Below, piece after piece: positions 11,930-24,408 of a stretch of DNA of 64,000 bases (position 1 is its first letter; each line of letters starts with the position of its first letter). The translations under genes were made by a program, and so were the position numbers. The notes under the pieces were generated by a model. The model ran no database searches. It had not been told where the DNA came from and saw only the letters and a list, made by a program, of their open reading frames with translations. Source of the DNA: Mytilus trossulus (lineage: Eukaryota); the NCBI RefSeq assembly GCF_036588685.1, contig NC_086380.1, positions 4,588,001-4,652,000 of the forward strand, read 5' to 3'.

Positions 11930-14900
11930 TACTAGTTCCTGAGTGTAGTACATGCTCGTGTGCATCTCGTACTATCAACATTGTTAGCTGTGTGTTTGTT
12001 GGTAACAAAATAGGAAATTTGGCGGACTCGGGAATCGGTGCATTTCTCTACATCGGATAATGTTGTTATGATCCAGAAATAAATTCAACTGACGAATTCT
12101 TGATACATTCTTTGTACGATCTCCTTTCACTAGCGTGTCGTATTCCTCGGGGTAGTTTAATATTTGGAATGACCTACTCCAATTTTGTGCTGACTTATGT
12201 ATTTCTTTCACATTACATGAACCAACTATTCTCTCTTCCTTTGATAATCTACAGTTTTGAATAAAACGTCATGCATATGCCGTCGTTCGTAATAGTTTCT
12301 TGTATGAAGAAAATCTGTCAATTTCCACTAAATCGTGAATTCCTGTCGTTCTATTCTCAAGTGTTGGTTGCTGGACATCAATGTTATCAGTCAATGTAGA
12401 TAGTACCGAGTTAACTTCAATCGTATGAACCGGGCGTTTCTATTATCCATGACGGACCATGCCTCCATAGCATGCTTTCGGTATATTGAGTGGCCGTTAT
12501 TCCGCGTGTAAGTATGTCTGCTGGATTTTGATCTGTTGGACAGTATCGTCATCTATAGGGTCTTGTTAACTCGTTAATTTCAGCTACACTGTTGCAATAA
12601 ATCGTTTTAGAGGTTTTTTCGACATCAGCCAATTCAATACTATTTGACTGTCAGACCATAATTCTACGTTGCTAATGTTTATAAACATGGATAAAATGTG
12701 TTGTGTAAGTCTCGCGCCATTTACAGCTGCAATTAAGTCTAACTGCGGTAGTGTTAAACTTTTAACCGGAGCTACTCTTGTTTTCGCCATAATCAATTTG
12801 GATTCATTCCCTTTGCAAAGATAGGCTATGTAAGCTTTCAAGCTGACATCAGAAAATACTTGTAGTGTTAACGATATGGTTTCGTTTTGTGTACCGGTAA
12901 AATAACGTCTCGGAAAAGCAGTATTGATTCTCTTTTGAATGTGTGTTGCGATGTCAATCCATGTTTCGCATAACTTTGTAGGTAAGATCTGATCCCATTC
13001 ATAGTTTTCGCGCCAAAGTTCTTGGAGAAATAATTTTGCTCTGATTGTGATTGGACTCAAGAGGCCTAATGGGTCATATATTTTCGACGATTGATTCAAT
13101 ATCACTCGTTTAGTGATATCTGTTTCCGCTGTTAAGTGAATTTCAGTTTGTGCAAAACAAAGTTCGTCTTTTTGTACATCCCAACGCATTCCTAGTACTT
13201 TCGGTTTGGTGTCCTTGTCAAGTATGTTATCAGCGCATGCTATTGTCCGTAAAAGCTGACTGTTCGATGTCCACGATCGGAGATTAAATCCACCTTTTGT
13301 AATAAATTCTCTGGCTTCTTTGTAAAACTGTACGGCTTTGTTCTCGTTAGTTACACTCGATATAATATTATCAACATATATGTCCTGTTCAATCATGTTA
13401 GCTCTGTCACTATTCTTTCCTTGAGTCTGCACATGTTTGAGTAGTGTTGCGCTCGGAATAAAGGGGGAGCATGTAGCGCCAAAAAGAACAGACTTAAAAC
13501 GATATGTTACCAATTTACTGTTTATGTTTTCTGCATCAGACATTCAAAAAAATCTTGTCGCATCTCTGTCATGTTCGTGTAAACCTACGTGTTAGAATGC
13601 CTTTACGATATCAGTTGAAATTGCGATGGCGTTTAATCGGAAACGCAATAATAGTTTTGTCAAGTCATTAAGAACGGGTGTTGTATTCATCAGACGGTCG
13701 TTTAAGCTCGGGTACTGATTAGATTGTCTACAACTACAATTGTAAACAATACGAATTGGTGTGGTTATCGAATCTTTCCTAACTGGGTGGTGCGGTATAT
13801 AATGTACTGTCGTTACATTCCTCATCATCGATTTTTTCAATGAAACCTTTAAGCTCTTGGTTCTTTATAATATCGTCATACGTTTTCAACATACCTGGTT
13901 CCCTGTCTAGCCTTCTTATTACAGATTTGGTTCTTCGTTTTGCAATACTAAAATTTGTCGGAAGTTGATCATGTTCTCGTTTCCATGGTAATTTTGCGAT
14001 ATATTGTCCGCCTTGAAATTCAATGCAAGTGTTCTGATATGTTTTTAAGTAATCTTCATTTTCTTGATCTAATTCTTTAGAGTTTATTCCCATTGATTCT
14101 AAGTTCCAGAATGATGCGATGTCGAACTCCTCGGTCTTATGCGAAATAAGCATTTGTAGTACTGACAGTGAGTATGTAGCCGACTCTTTGAACGGACCGG
14201 ATAAAAGGTAACCTAGCTTCGATTTAACAGCAGAAGGTCCATCTCCGCGAATGATTTTGTCTTCAATAAACTGCCAATAGTAATCTGCTCCTATCAATAC
14301 TGTAATTTCAAACATACTTTCGTCGGTAATCGGATGCGCCAAATTCAAGCCTTGTAAATAAATGTAGTTGTTTTTCGAGTCTAGTTTTCGGACATGATTA
14401 TGTAACGGAACGGCTATTTTCGGTACAACAAGAACCTCAATACGTATTTTCTGTCTCGTTTCTGTTTCTACCAATAAAGTACACTTACCTAAGTGTTGAA
14501 TGTTATTATCTGTGTCTCCGAAACAGGCCAGCTGTATTGTTTCTGTGCTGTAGATTTCAAGTTTTAGTTTTATAGCAAGATCTTCTGGTATGAACGAACG
14601 TTGTGCACCTTCATCAAAAAATATATTTGCGTCTAAAACTGTACTGTCGGACAAAACGGGTGCAACTGCTCTTTTCAGTAATACGCTTGAATGAGTCTTA
14701 TGAGAAGTGTGAAGAACTTTTGTGTCGTCTTCTGATTTTCCCTATTTATCATTAACAATGCTGACATTAACAGATTGTGATGATTTGGTAGAATGTGTTT
14801 TCGTGTTTTCCGTTTTCGTGACAAAAAGCGTATTGATGCATGGGAGCTTTACTTTGGACATGTGTACTTCTTTTATCGACCATTGACTCATTACATAAGC

Positions 14901-16102
14901 TAGTATGATGTTTTTTTCTTGCAATGACGGCATACATGTTTAGAGTTACATTCACTGGTACGGTGCGTACCGAGACAATTAAAGCACAGATTGCTGCGTT
15001 TTACAATATTCTTTCGTTTTTGTGTTTCTGTAATTCGTGTACAGTTCGTTGGTGCGTGAATTTCTTCACAGAATATACATGGCCTCGCGGTCAGAAAACG
15101 TTGGTTACTTTTTACATTAACGACTCTTCTTTGCGTATATTATTCCTTTCCGTAACTGGAAGATTTCGTTTCAGTGAGAAACGTACATGTAGGCGTTGCA
15201 TAACTTTGTGGGATACCGTAATCCTGACCTGCTTCGATAATATTAATCTCGTTCTGAATAGCTTTACGTAAATCGGATAAAATCCATGTGTTTGATCCAT
15301 AATCTCGTGCTTGATGTTGCCTTACTTCTCCGGGAAGCTTGCTCAAAATTATTGGGACTAGTAATGTGCCGTTAGTGTATTGCGATTGGCCTAATGCTTC
15401 CAATCCGCGTACGGATTCCTCTATGTGATCATAAAATAGGTGTACACTGGGTAAATTTGGTAGTGTAATGTCTAGCAAAGCTTTCATGTGTGCATGCGGG
15501 ATCTTACTAGATTGTCCGTATCGTTCTTTTAATACGTTAATTGCCTCCTTATAATTAGCATTTGTCAATGCGATTCCATCAACTGTATGCGAAGCTTCAC
15601 CTCCGAGTTGTGATTTAAATATAATTGAATTTCTGAATATCTGGTAGACTCGAGTTCATATGTACTGCTGATTCGAAAGAATCCCAGATGGTGCGATATA
15701 ACTCTGTTGCTGATTTTCAATACATGAAGTTGAAAACAAAAGCTGGTGCTTCATAATTTAATGTTTGATATGATGAAGTAGACTGCTGATTTTTATGATT
15801 TATCGAACTGTATTAACCCTGTATGAATATACGCAAGTGTTTTACTTTAGTTTCTAAACCTAAAGTATACTCATCTGTGTTGAGAATTTCTTCTTCAATA
15901 TCCTCTGCATCGATTGCACTTATAATTTGTTGATTCAAATCTTCTAAAAGGTTCTTCTTCTGTTCCACACTTTCTAATGTTACTTAAAGATCTACCCTGG
16001 CTAACTCCGCTTCGTTTTTCAAATCGTCGATTTTCCGTAAATGTCTTGTAACTACACTTTTTTTTCGCTTTCCTAATCGATTTCAGCTTATTCAAATCCA
16101 TT

Positions 16103-16115
16103 GGGCACGGCACCA
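16103..16115 (-). promoter_or_regulatory. Primer-binding site, tRNA-His-like
   Basis: TGGTGCCGTGCCC lies 2 nt after the 5' LTR and is complementary to the tRNA-His 3' end (..TCACGGCACCA) over the first 10 nt. Confidence 0.75.
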
Positions 16116-16117
16116 AA

Positions 16118-16277
16118 TGTCGGGAATACGTAAATTAAGTAAGAAAACGTTCCATGTTCTTATGTGTAATCGATCTATAAAAGCCAAAGTATACAAGTGA
16201 CACGCCACAAAGTCTTGACGTTACACTATAAGACCTAAGTGACGTTCCCGCGTTGTGTTCGCGCCGTATTTACAACA
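16118..16277 (-). repeat. 5' LTR of BEL/Pao element (160 bp)
   Basis: Direct repeat of 9793-9949; followed on the - strand by the PBS. Confidence 0.95.
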
Positions 16278-16730
16278 TATATGGTCATTGGCAGTCTTTG
16301 GATGTCTACTAGATAGTTGTTAAATGGCGTCTTAACTAAAATACACACGAAACAATAATACATATCGTTGAGTCCATGCCTTGTAAATTGTATATTTTTA
16401 TACTTTTATAATTGAACATACATTTTAAAATGTTATAATAGGAGAATTTGAGTCATATCAGTGAACATTAACATTGACAGCCAATGCACTTTAAAGTTCA
16501 TCTTAACTTTGTATTTCTATAAATCACAGATATTTGAATAAAGTAAAAATCTCAACTCAAACTAGTTGACGATTCCTTCCAAGCAGCTATTTATTTGAGA
16601 ATGATCCTTGATCCTCACTCGGTATATAGAGTAAAAATTAAAATAACTAAAACACCGAATCCCTATAAAAAAATTCAAAACTGTTACGGAAAATTCCTTA
16701 TCATATGGCAAAATCAAAATCTCAATTAGA

Positions 16731-16833
16731 GTCTGGCGCAAATACAAAATTTCAATCCCGGTAAATCTAATGAATTTATTTGCAACCACGGTATCGATGC
16801 AACTGCTGATAAAGGTTGTAATCCCCCAGGGTA
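16731..16833 (+). mobile_element. Degenerate retrozyme (family B) fragment: HHR 3' strand, terminus and pseudoknot remnant
   Basis: gtctggcg-aatacaaaatttcaatcccgg..atgaatttatt-tgcaaccac-ggtatcgatgcaactgctg...ccccagggt; aligns with the reverse complements of 18239-18290 and 19212-19269. Confidence 0.5.
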
Positions 16834-17124
16834 ATTTAAAAAAAAAAAATGTCCTTGACATAATTTTTTTCTGCATTTGTCTAAGAATGAATCACAAAAT
16901 CAAATATGTTGGATGTCAATAATCATTCCAAGTATATCTTTTCTATGTAAAGAGTCAAGTCCAACTACTACATCAATTGATTTTCATTTGTTCGGTTGGT
17001 TGATTTAGTAAATTTTTATGGACTACCCGCTTTTTGAATTTTCCACGGAGCTCGGTATTTTTGCTACACTTTTTAGTTGCTTCCTTTTGAGCAGCAACCC
17101 TTAATTCTAGGAATGTCGTTTCAT

Positions 17125-17260
17125 CTGAAGATATATACTCGATATGCAGGCGCTGCTGGAACTTTGATGTATAGGAATTAATAGATCACAATCAGGAAGC
17201 TGAAATCATATCGTTTGTCGTGAAGTTTACTTCTTATAAAACACTCATTATCAATTTCTA
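17125..17260 (-). mobile_element. Old PLE RT remnant
   Basis: Translates to KLHDKRYDFSFLIV...VPAAPAYRVYI, the PLE YDKRDDFxFxIVNFP...P..PAYGVYISQ motif. Confidence 0.55.
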
Positions 17261-18238
17261 TGGATGAAAATCCAGATAACAGGCACATATGTGGATTAAT
17301 GGGATGGGCCAAGGCTCGAATGATTAAAAGAACAAGTCGGCAAGAAGAGGAGCACAGTTGGTTTAAATGGGAATTTCAATCGTTTGTTAAAAACAAATCT
17401 CCAAACGTTTCAAATATGAAGTCATTCAAGACAAGTATCATTTTGATAATGTCCTTATAAGAGTTTTTTTAATCAAAGTATTTTCTATTTATCCCTCTGT
17501 ATGAGTAATGATTTTGGCTACCTTTTTTCATCTTGTGTTTGCTAGTTTCCTCCTTTGTAGTTCATTGTCATTTAGTATGAATAAAACTTAATAAACTATT
17601 ACAATAACGTGGTTTTTGTCTTGAGTACAAATTTAATGATGAGTTTATTAAATGACGGTCCCTGTAAGTCAGTTTTCAATTTTCTATTTTTTTGGGGTAA
17701 AATACGGCGGCTGGTTTTTTTTTTTTACATTGTTCTCTGTTTTTTTCTCTGTTTGGTCATGCTGCTATCTGTCTTTCTTGAATTATTTATTTTTTGTTGT
17801 CTTCTTTGTGTCCTACTGTTTTCCAAACTCCATCATTGAAAATAAATTGATCGTTTCAACTGAATCATTTTCAATATTTTAACATGATATCAAGGCAAAA
17901 ACGTGCTCATAGCGTACACTTCCTTTTATAATGTGATATTCTTTCCTGTAGGGATGCTAGCGCTTTAGAAAAACAAACAATCAAAGAAAGACTTAACATA
18001 ATGTACGAAATTAAATAATGTTTTCGGACGACGGTTCAAACAGTTGAGTTACTAGAAAAAAAACGCGATGCTTAACAATATTACACTTTTAAGACAACAT
18101 GATTAGAATCCACTTTTATGAATAGAATTTCCATGTGGAGCCCGAAAGTGAAAGTGTCATATTAACATAAAGTAAAAAGACATGTGTCAACTCAATTTGT
18201 CAGGTTGATTAACGTAGGTACTTGTGGGTTGTTATTCT

Positions 18239-18450
18239 AAATAAACTCATCATATATACCTTGATTAAAATTCTATACGCCTGACTCTCATTTCGTCTAC
18301 AAGAGACTCATTAGTGAAACTCGAAGAAAAGGCAATATTAATGGTCAAATAAAAGGCCCAATAAAGTTAGAAGTTGACGAGCATTAAGGACCTAACATTT
18401 CATAAAGGTTTTGTCAAATATGGCAAAGGTAATGTATTCCTTTGGTATAT
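18239..18450 (-). mobile_element. Degenerate retrozyme (family B) with mutated HHR
   Basis: Reverse complement of 18277-18322 is ctaatgag-tctcttgtagac-gaaa-tgagagtc-aggcg. The downstream gagcatt.aggacc..aaat..ggc.aaggtaat block is shared with the 18923 array. Confidence 0.55.
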
Positions 18451-18956
18451 TTTAAAGGACATTTATACATTATGATAGTCTTAACGAAGTATCTTTTTAC
18501 AAATTCCGCAAAACAAAATATTCAAAATTAGCTCCATAATGTATATACATTCGTTCTAGATAGTTTTAGTAAACTTAGTTAAAAACTATAGGAGAAGAAT
18601 ATTCCAAAACATGTTTTTGTTGATAATATTGCAAATAAAGGCAACAGTAGTATACCGGTGTTCAAAAGTCCTATAAGATCCTATATCGATAGAGAGAAAA
18701 CAAATGGGGGTTTCAAATTAAAACCAAAAGAAACACATGAACTACAAAAGTTTAAAACGAAAGGAACAACAAGAACCATGAAGTGCAACAAAAAACAAAC
18801 GTCAACATACATAAAAGCGAACTATTTTACAACTGTCATATTCCTGACAAAAATAGACTAAGTTCCGTATCAGGAAAAAACGTACTGTACAATTTTACAA
18901 TCCTTCAAACCAACTAGCAAGAAATAGTTATCAAAGGTACCAGAATTATAATTTAA

Positions 18957-19005
18957 TACACCAGACGCGCGTTCCGTCTACATAAGACTAATCAGTGACG
19001 CTCAG
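18957..19005 (-). ncRNA. Type I hammerhead ribozyme, core-mutated copy
   Basis: gcgtca-CTGATTA-gtct(tatgt)agac-GGAA-cgcgcg-TC-tggtgt: G8 and one GAAA base are altered, so probably inactive. Confidence 0.7.
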
Positions 19006-19309
19006 ATCAAAATAGTTATAAAGCCAAACAAGTACAAGGTTGAAGAGTACTGAGGACCCGAAATTCCAAAAATTTGTGCCAAATACGGCTAAGGTATTCT
19101 ATTCCTGGGATACGAAAATCCATAATTTTTCGAAAATTAATCTTTTTGTCAACTGGAAATTTATTAAAAGGACCATACAATTGTTTTCATATCAACAACG
19201 AAGTGCTGACTACTGGGCTGGTGATACCCTCGGTGACGAAACGTCCACCAGTAGTGGCATCGACCCAGTAATTGAATAGTTATAAAAGGAACCAGGATTA
19301 TAATTTAAT

Positions 19310-19357
19310 ATACAATACGCGCGTTTCGTCTACATAAGACTCATCAGTGACGCTCAG
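19310..19357 (-). ncRNA. Type I hammerhead ribozyme with intact catalytic core
   Basis: gcgtca-CTGATGA-gtct(tatgt)agac-GAAA-cgcgcg-TA|ttgta: CUGAUGA and GAAA cores, 4-bp stem II, palindromic minimal stem III (acgcgcgt). The 3' strand of stem I is partly mismatched. Confidence 0.8.
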
Positions 19358-22300
19358 TTCAAAATAGTTATAAAGCCAAATAAGTACAAAAATGAAGAGC
19401 ATTGAGGACCCGAAATTATAAAAAGTTGTGCCAAATACGGCTGAGGTAATCTATTCTTTGGTTTTTTCGAAAGTTTTGTCAGCAGATTAATTAAAATGAC
19501 CTATAATTGATATTCATGTCAATATCGACGTGCCGACTACTGGGCTGGTGATACCCTAGGGGACGAAGCACCCAACAGCAGTGGCATCGACCCAGTGGTG
19601 TTAATTGTTATCAAAGGTACCAGGATTATAAAGTCAGATTTTATGCCGAAAAGAATAAGCACAACGACCCAGACTTTAAATTTAGGTATTGTGCATAAAT
19701 TGATGCACTTAGACGCATGTCAAAAATTAGGTTCTACTAAAGATTTCCAAAAGAATGACATACGTACGTAATTCGACGTAAGGATCTAATAGGATTGATT
19801 ATTGCCAACCATCGAATTGATAAAATACCGCGCTTGAGTTTAAACAAAATATTTCAAGACTTTTAAAATCACAGCCTGAAATTTTCGTCCATATAATATT
19901 TTCTTATCATGAACCAAATGATAGAAATTTTTATTTATCACGTAGTTTTCCAGATTGACGCCTTTATTTTACTGACAGATTACGTATTAATACACGTAAT
20001 CCATACCTATCATGCGTACTGTTCGAGTTATCTTTCGTGGTTTGATTATCTTCTTTGGAGATGAAAGCCCCATTATACTGTTATTTTGTCTTTCTTTATA
20101 GTGTATTAATCTTTTAATTATATGAGTTGCGGCGAAAATATTGAGAATGATATGTTTCTGACAATTTCAAAAATGTCGAAAGCAGAATTTGCCAGAATCT
20201 GTCTCTTCATAAAGTTATACAATTCAGATAAAATATATCGCTTCCTTTTAAGGTTTATTACCCCTGTTGTAGCCATGTAATTACGAAATTTTAAAACTCT
20301 AATAGTATCAAAACAGAAACGATAATGAATATTAGAGATGGACCATTGTGTCCATCTACTAAGGTGAAACAAATTGCAAAGCATCATTATTCATTGTGTC
20401 ATTGCATTTCATGGAAAAACAGGACTTTGTGGCAAATAAAACCAAATTTTTGTAGAAAATCAACAGACTTTAATAAAGATAATTTTGTTATGAAAATCAG
20501 AACATAGATTACTTACTTGTTTTTCTATGATGTGCTAGCGTTTATTGTTAACAGAAAGTCTTTAACAAACTTTAAAAACCCAAAATACTTTGTGCTGAGT
20601 CACGAAAGTCGAGCGCACCCCAAAAGGTGTACTTGAATTGATTCATATTTATATTTGATTTCACTAATATCTAAATTTATAAACTTGTTTAATGGAAATA
20701 AGTGCTAGCATTGCATGCAATAATCCCCCATCTATCAGGCACCGAATTGCCAAATGTGAGAGTACAAGGGGAAAGGCTGTTAATTTTTTATAAAGTTTCC
20801 ATATGTTTAGCATTGAGTTAACACAAGAGAACATAATACATAATTTATAAACAACAGTATTTTTCATTTATTATAAAATGTACTCATAAAGAAATTCCTA
20901 TATATGTTTTTTTTTATAATTTAGGTGTGTTCGATTAGGGATTGTTCTGTAATAATTTGTTTAACGGTAATGATATCGGAGTCCAAATACAAAAGATATT
21001 TCCAGGGAATATATGTGATATCACTTGAGAAAAACTAACTAACTATAAGGGTGTGTTATACATTATATTGATAAACAACTAAAACGGGGTCATCGAATTA
21101 ATTTTAATGAGTAAATCATTAACGAAAATGTGTACAGTAAGTAACAACATAATATAGTAATATTTCGTTGACAGATGCGGATAGAGGATGCATCTTATAA
21201 TGACCTAGGTAGATATAAAGTAACAGACAAAGTATAACTAGCAAAATACTGGTCCATATAAGAGATAGAAACTGTGAAACTGATCAATCACGCCACATCT
21301 TTTTTTATATGATGACAAAAGTTACACGTATAAAATTAAGAGACTTAATGGATCTTAAACTTTGTATCCCCAAATCTGTACAAAAGCATTTTAGAAGAAG
21401 TCATACATTTAATTCTGCCATTCTACTTTCAGAAACCTTTCTGAATTCTATTACCTAACTGAGTACAGAGAATTACGCCTTTAACCAGAAGTTTCATTGA
21501 AAAATATTGACTAAATGAGCACCAGAAATATTATTTCGTGATATAATTCCACAAATCTGTACTTTTCATAGACAGTATCATTGTGTGACTTATCAAAAGT
21601 ATGATCACCTACATTTTATTTTGCGAATCATATTTTCAATAAACCGTACATTTTCTACTGGCATTGGCGTCTTGAAAGCAAGGCGAGGCTTTAACTGCCG
21701 AGATTCAAATCATTTGTGTTACCAGAAATATAACTAAAGTTACGCTACTGTCGATTGATTGACAGTTTTTTGCTAAAAGTCCAGTGGTAAATATTTCATG
21801 CTTAATTCACTTGTAGAGAGCGTGACATTATACATAAAACAGGCATCGGATTTAACGTCCCTATTCTGAACAGACGGGACTGCGTACGTTTACATCTGCC
21901 ACATCTAAACGGAACCCCAACTTTGGCAATGGTCTAACTGCCGATCGTAACAAGACCAATAGTGACCATATAATATTTATATTCCCTTGATAACCGTTGA
22001 GAGTTTACTGTTGGGACGAGCGCGCGACCAAAGAGACAATTATGAATCTGGAAGATACATATACATGAACGTTTATTAATCAGAACATTTGCAACAAGAA
22101 TGTGTGGCCTTAAGACACCGTGCCCTTTCACATTATAATATTTCTATGTTCAGTGCACCACTTAATATGGGTCAAACTCATAGTTAGTATATGATTTTAA
22201 AGGTTTTATCTTTTTTGACATGAAAGAACGAACGGAAGGATGCACAGACCAGTAATTATAATTTTCACATGTTAATATAAGTTGGTCATAAAACTAAAAA

Positions 22301-24191
22301 GATCATCTTACTTAACAAAATTTCAATTAAATAATTCGTACATGTCAATTTTACATACGTATTTGTATAATTAAACGCCAAATATTTTAGGAGAAAAAAA
22401 CTCAAAGAACATTGAAGTTAATTTACGCCTACGTTCGAACGTTCTCTTCCTATGAACTTTTAAGAATTCATTGTTTGGTAGATAAATATATGAATCAAGT
22501 GAAATGCCGAAGTAATGAAAGGTGTATTATCCCCTTTAATGTTATTGTCAATGAAATCACCCCAATTTTAACAACAAAATGCATAAAGAATTGAAATATT
22601 AATTTGTGTTTATTTTTAGATAACAATTATTCCAAAAAATTGTGTTTTTTCAACGAGACAAAAAAACATGCAGTCTTTGCTCCCCTCCGTCGTCGGAAGG
22701 TTATGTCGACTAATGTCATTTTATTACAAATTTCTAAAACGTAAAATATCAACTAACTATATTTTTTTTTAATATGTCAAAATGGTATTTATTACTAGTA
22801 TTCATTCGTTGATTATTTCCCACACTTTCTTACTGTCAATGTTGATAAATCTTACGTTGGTTTCATCCTTGGTCAACTATCAATTTATTTCAAATAACAA
22901 GAAAGCATTATTTTGAAATAGAAAGTCAATTTGATCTACAATTTGATTGTTGTGGTGTTCTATAATAGGTTTAAATGGTATTTAAATAGTCATAGCGTTT
23001 CATTTAACAAAAAAACGTCAATGTTTAAAAATTTTCACCTGGTTATAATAGATCAAGAAATAGAAAGAGTCACGAATTACGAGCCTATTTGTTTTTTTAT
23101 GAAAGTTTTATTCTTTCAGTTTGGTGAACAATATGAAAAAAACAATGAGTGTTTTTGATTGTTTATAAATGAACACTAGGAAATATTAGTATGTGAATTC
23201 TATGTCATTTGGGTTAAGAAAATTAACCCTTTGATTACAATAGCGGGTGTTACTGAACCGCAGTATTAAACTCATTTCGGTTTTCATTGCTTATGATCGT
23301 TTCATACACGATGCACAGATCATTTAATTTGAAATGAAATGATTTAAATTCAAATATACATACAGGATTATTTGTTTTTGTTGATTGTGACTTCCAATGA
23401 ATTCTTATGACGTGCAGTGAATAGTGTCAAATTAATTTGATATTTTATAACGGTACCTTTTCACGGTATTAACACATTAGCTGACAGTCAACTTTAATGA
23501 GAAAAATCCTATTCAATTAACATAATATTAATATTTGATATATGTGTACAGGACGTGAAATACATATTTGACGAGCTAAAATAATCAATCCAGCATCAAT
23601 TGTCGGATTTGTATTTTTTACCTGACATCTGAAGAATAAAATTCCAGGATCAATGTTATTCTAGTTATGCATGTCACGCGGCGTGATGTACAATTCATAA
23701 AACTGATAGCAGCCGACTGCAATATGGATTTACGATGCAACAATTACCTGAACAGAAAATTGTTTTATTAAGAGGATTACTTTCTACAAATCGTTGGGAC
23801 ATCATTGTACTTCAATAAATAACCTTACAATAGTCGTGTTTGGTGTCGCCAATATTTTCATCAACGGGTGGAGAAAGGGGAAATTGCAACATCAAGCTTC
23901 GTCGAATTGGGATGTACTTTTTATTTATTAAGGACGTTTGAATCGGTAGGAGTCAAATATTTGCAATATATCCTAATGTATGGTGCAGTGTAATGAATTA
24001 ATATCCTGGACTATTTATATTTTCACCTGACACGATGACAGTCCTACAATACCTAACGATATGTTTTTCAGACCGAACAAAAGATTAGTTAACATCGTTT
24101 TAAATTTACATGATTTTTAAACACATGATACGATAATTATTTCATACAGCGTTTATTAAACATTGAAACAAGGTGAAAAGCCAGAATAAAA

Positions 24192-24408
24192 ATGAAAAGT
24201 AGGAAAATAAAAGAAATGAAAAAAATCAAATCAAAACATACTGGCAATGACAAAAATAGAAAATGTGAGTGCGGATTAGAGAGTATATTGCCTGAACTGT
24301 TACCATGGTATTTGTTCGTCATAGTACTGTGCATCAGAATTCATTATGTTCTTCAACCGAAAAACTGGTGGCTGCTTCATCCAGATGAAATATTCCAATC
24401 AGTTGAAG
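24192..24408 (+). CDS. GT22 (PIG-B/PIG-Z-like) mannosyltransferase, coding exon 1
   Basis: Basic N-terminus, TM helix, WWLLHPDEIFQSVE catalytic loop. Donor G|GTATGA at 24408/24409 (phase 1). An upstream acceptor ttttcag at ~24071 suggests a 5' UTR exon. Confidence 0.85.

Larger units (their letters stand above)
9793..16277 (-). mobile_element. Full-length degenerate BEL/Pao LTR retrotransposon (gag-PR-RT-RH-IN, many frameshifts and stops)
   Basis: LTRs 9793-9949 and 16118-16277 (TG...CA), 5-bp TSD TATAT (9788-9792 / 16278-16282). Domains: DUF1759-type gag 15140-15700; protease FFDEGAQRSFI; RT YIPHHPV..IRIVYN, FGATCSPF, YVDN; RNase H FSD..MAKTRVAP..LTLPQL; integrase GIDFTG..CASTR..TDNA..APWYGGFWERL; DUF5641-type C-terminus (KVGDVVLV..WKMALV). 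Confidence 0.95.
18923..19631 (-). mobile_element. Non-LTR retrozyme: tandem array of ~350-nt units, each with a type I hammerhead ribozyme
   Basis: Units start at 18923, 19275 and 19603 (352 nt, 328 nt, then a ~28-nt partial). Each full unit carries an HHR. The size and organisation match the ~350-nt HHR retrozymes reported from Mytilus. Confidence 0.85.

Noticed and set aside
19212-19269. Possible HDV-like or twister ribozyme
   Set aside because: The nested pseudoknot lacks P1.1, P4 and the catalytic C junction of HDV ribozymes, and has no twister consensus. It is kept as an unknown structure instead.
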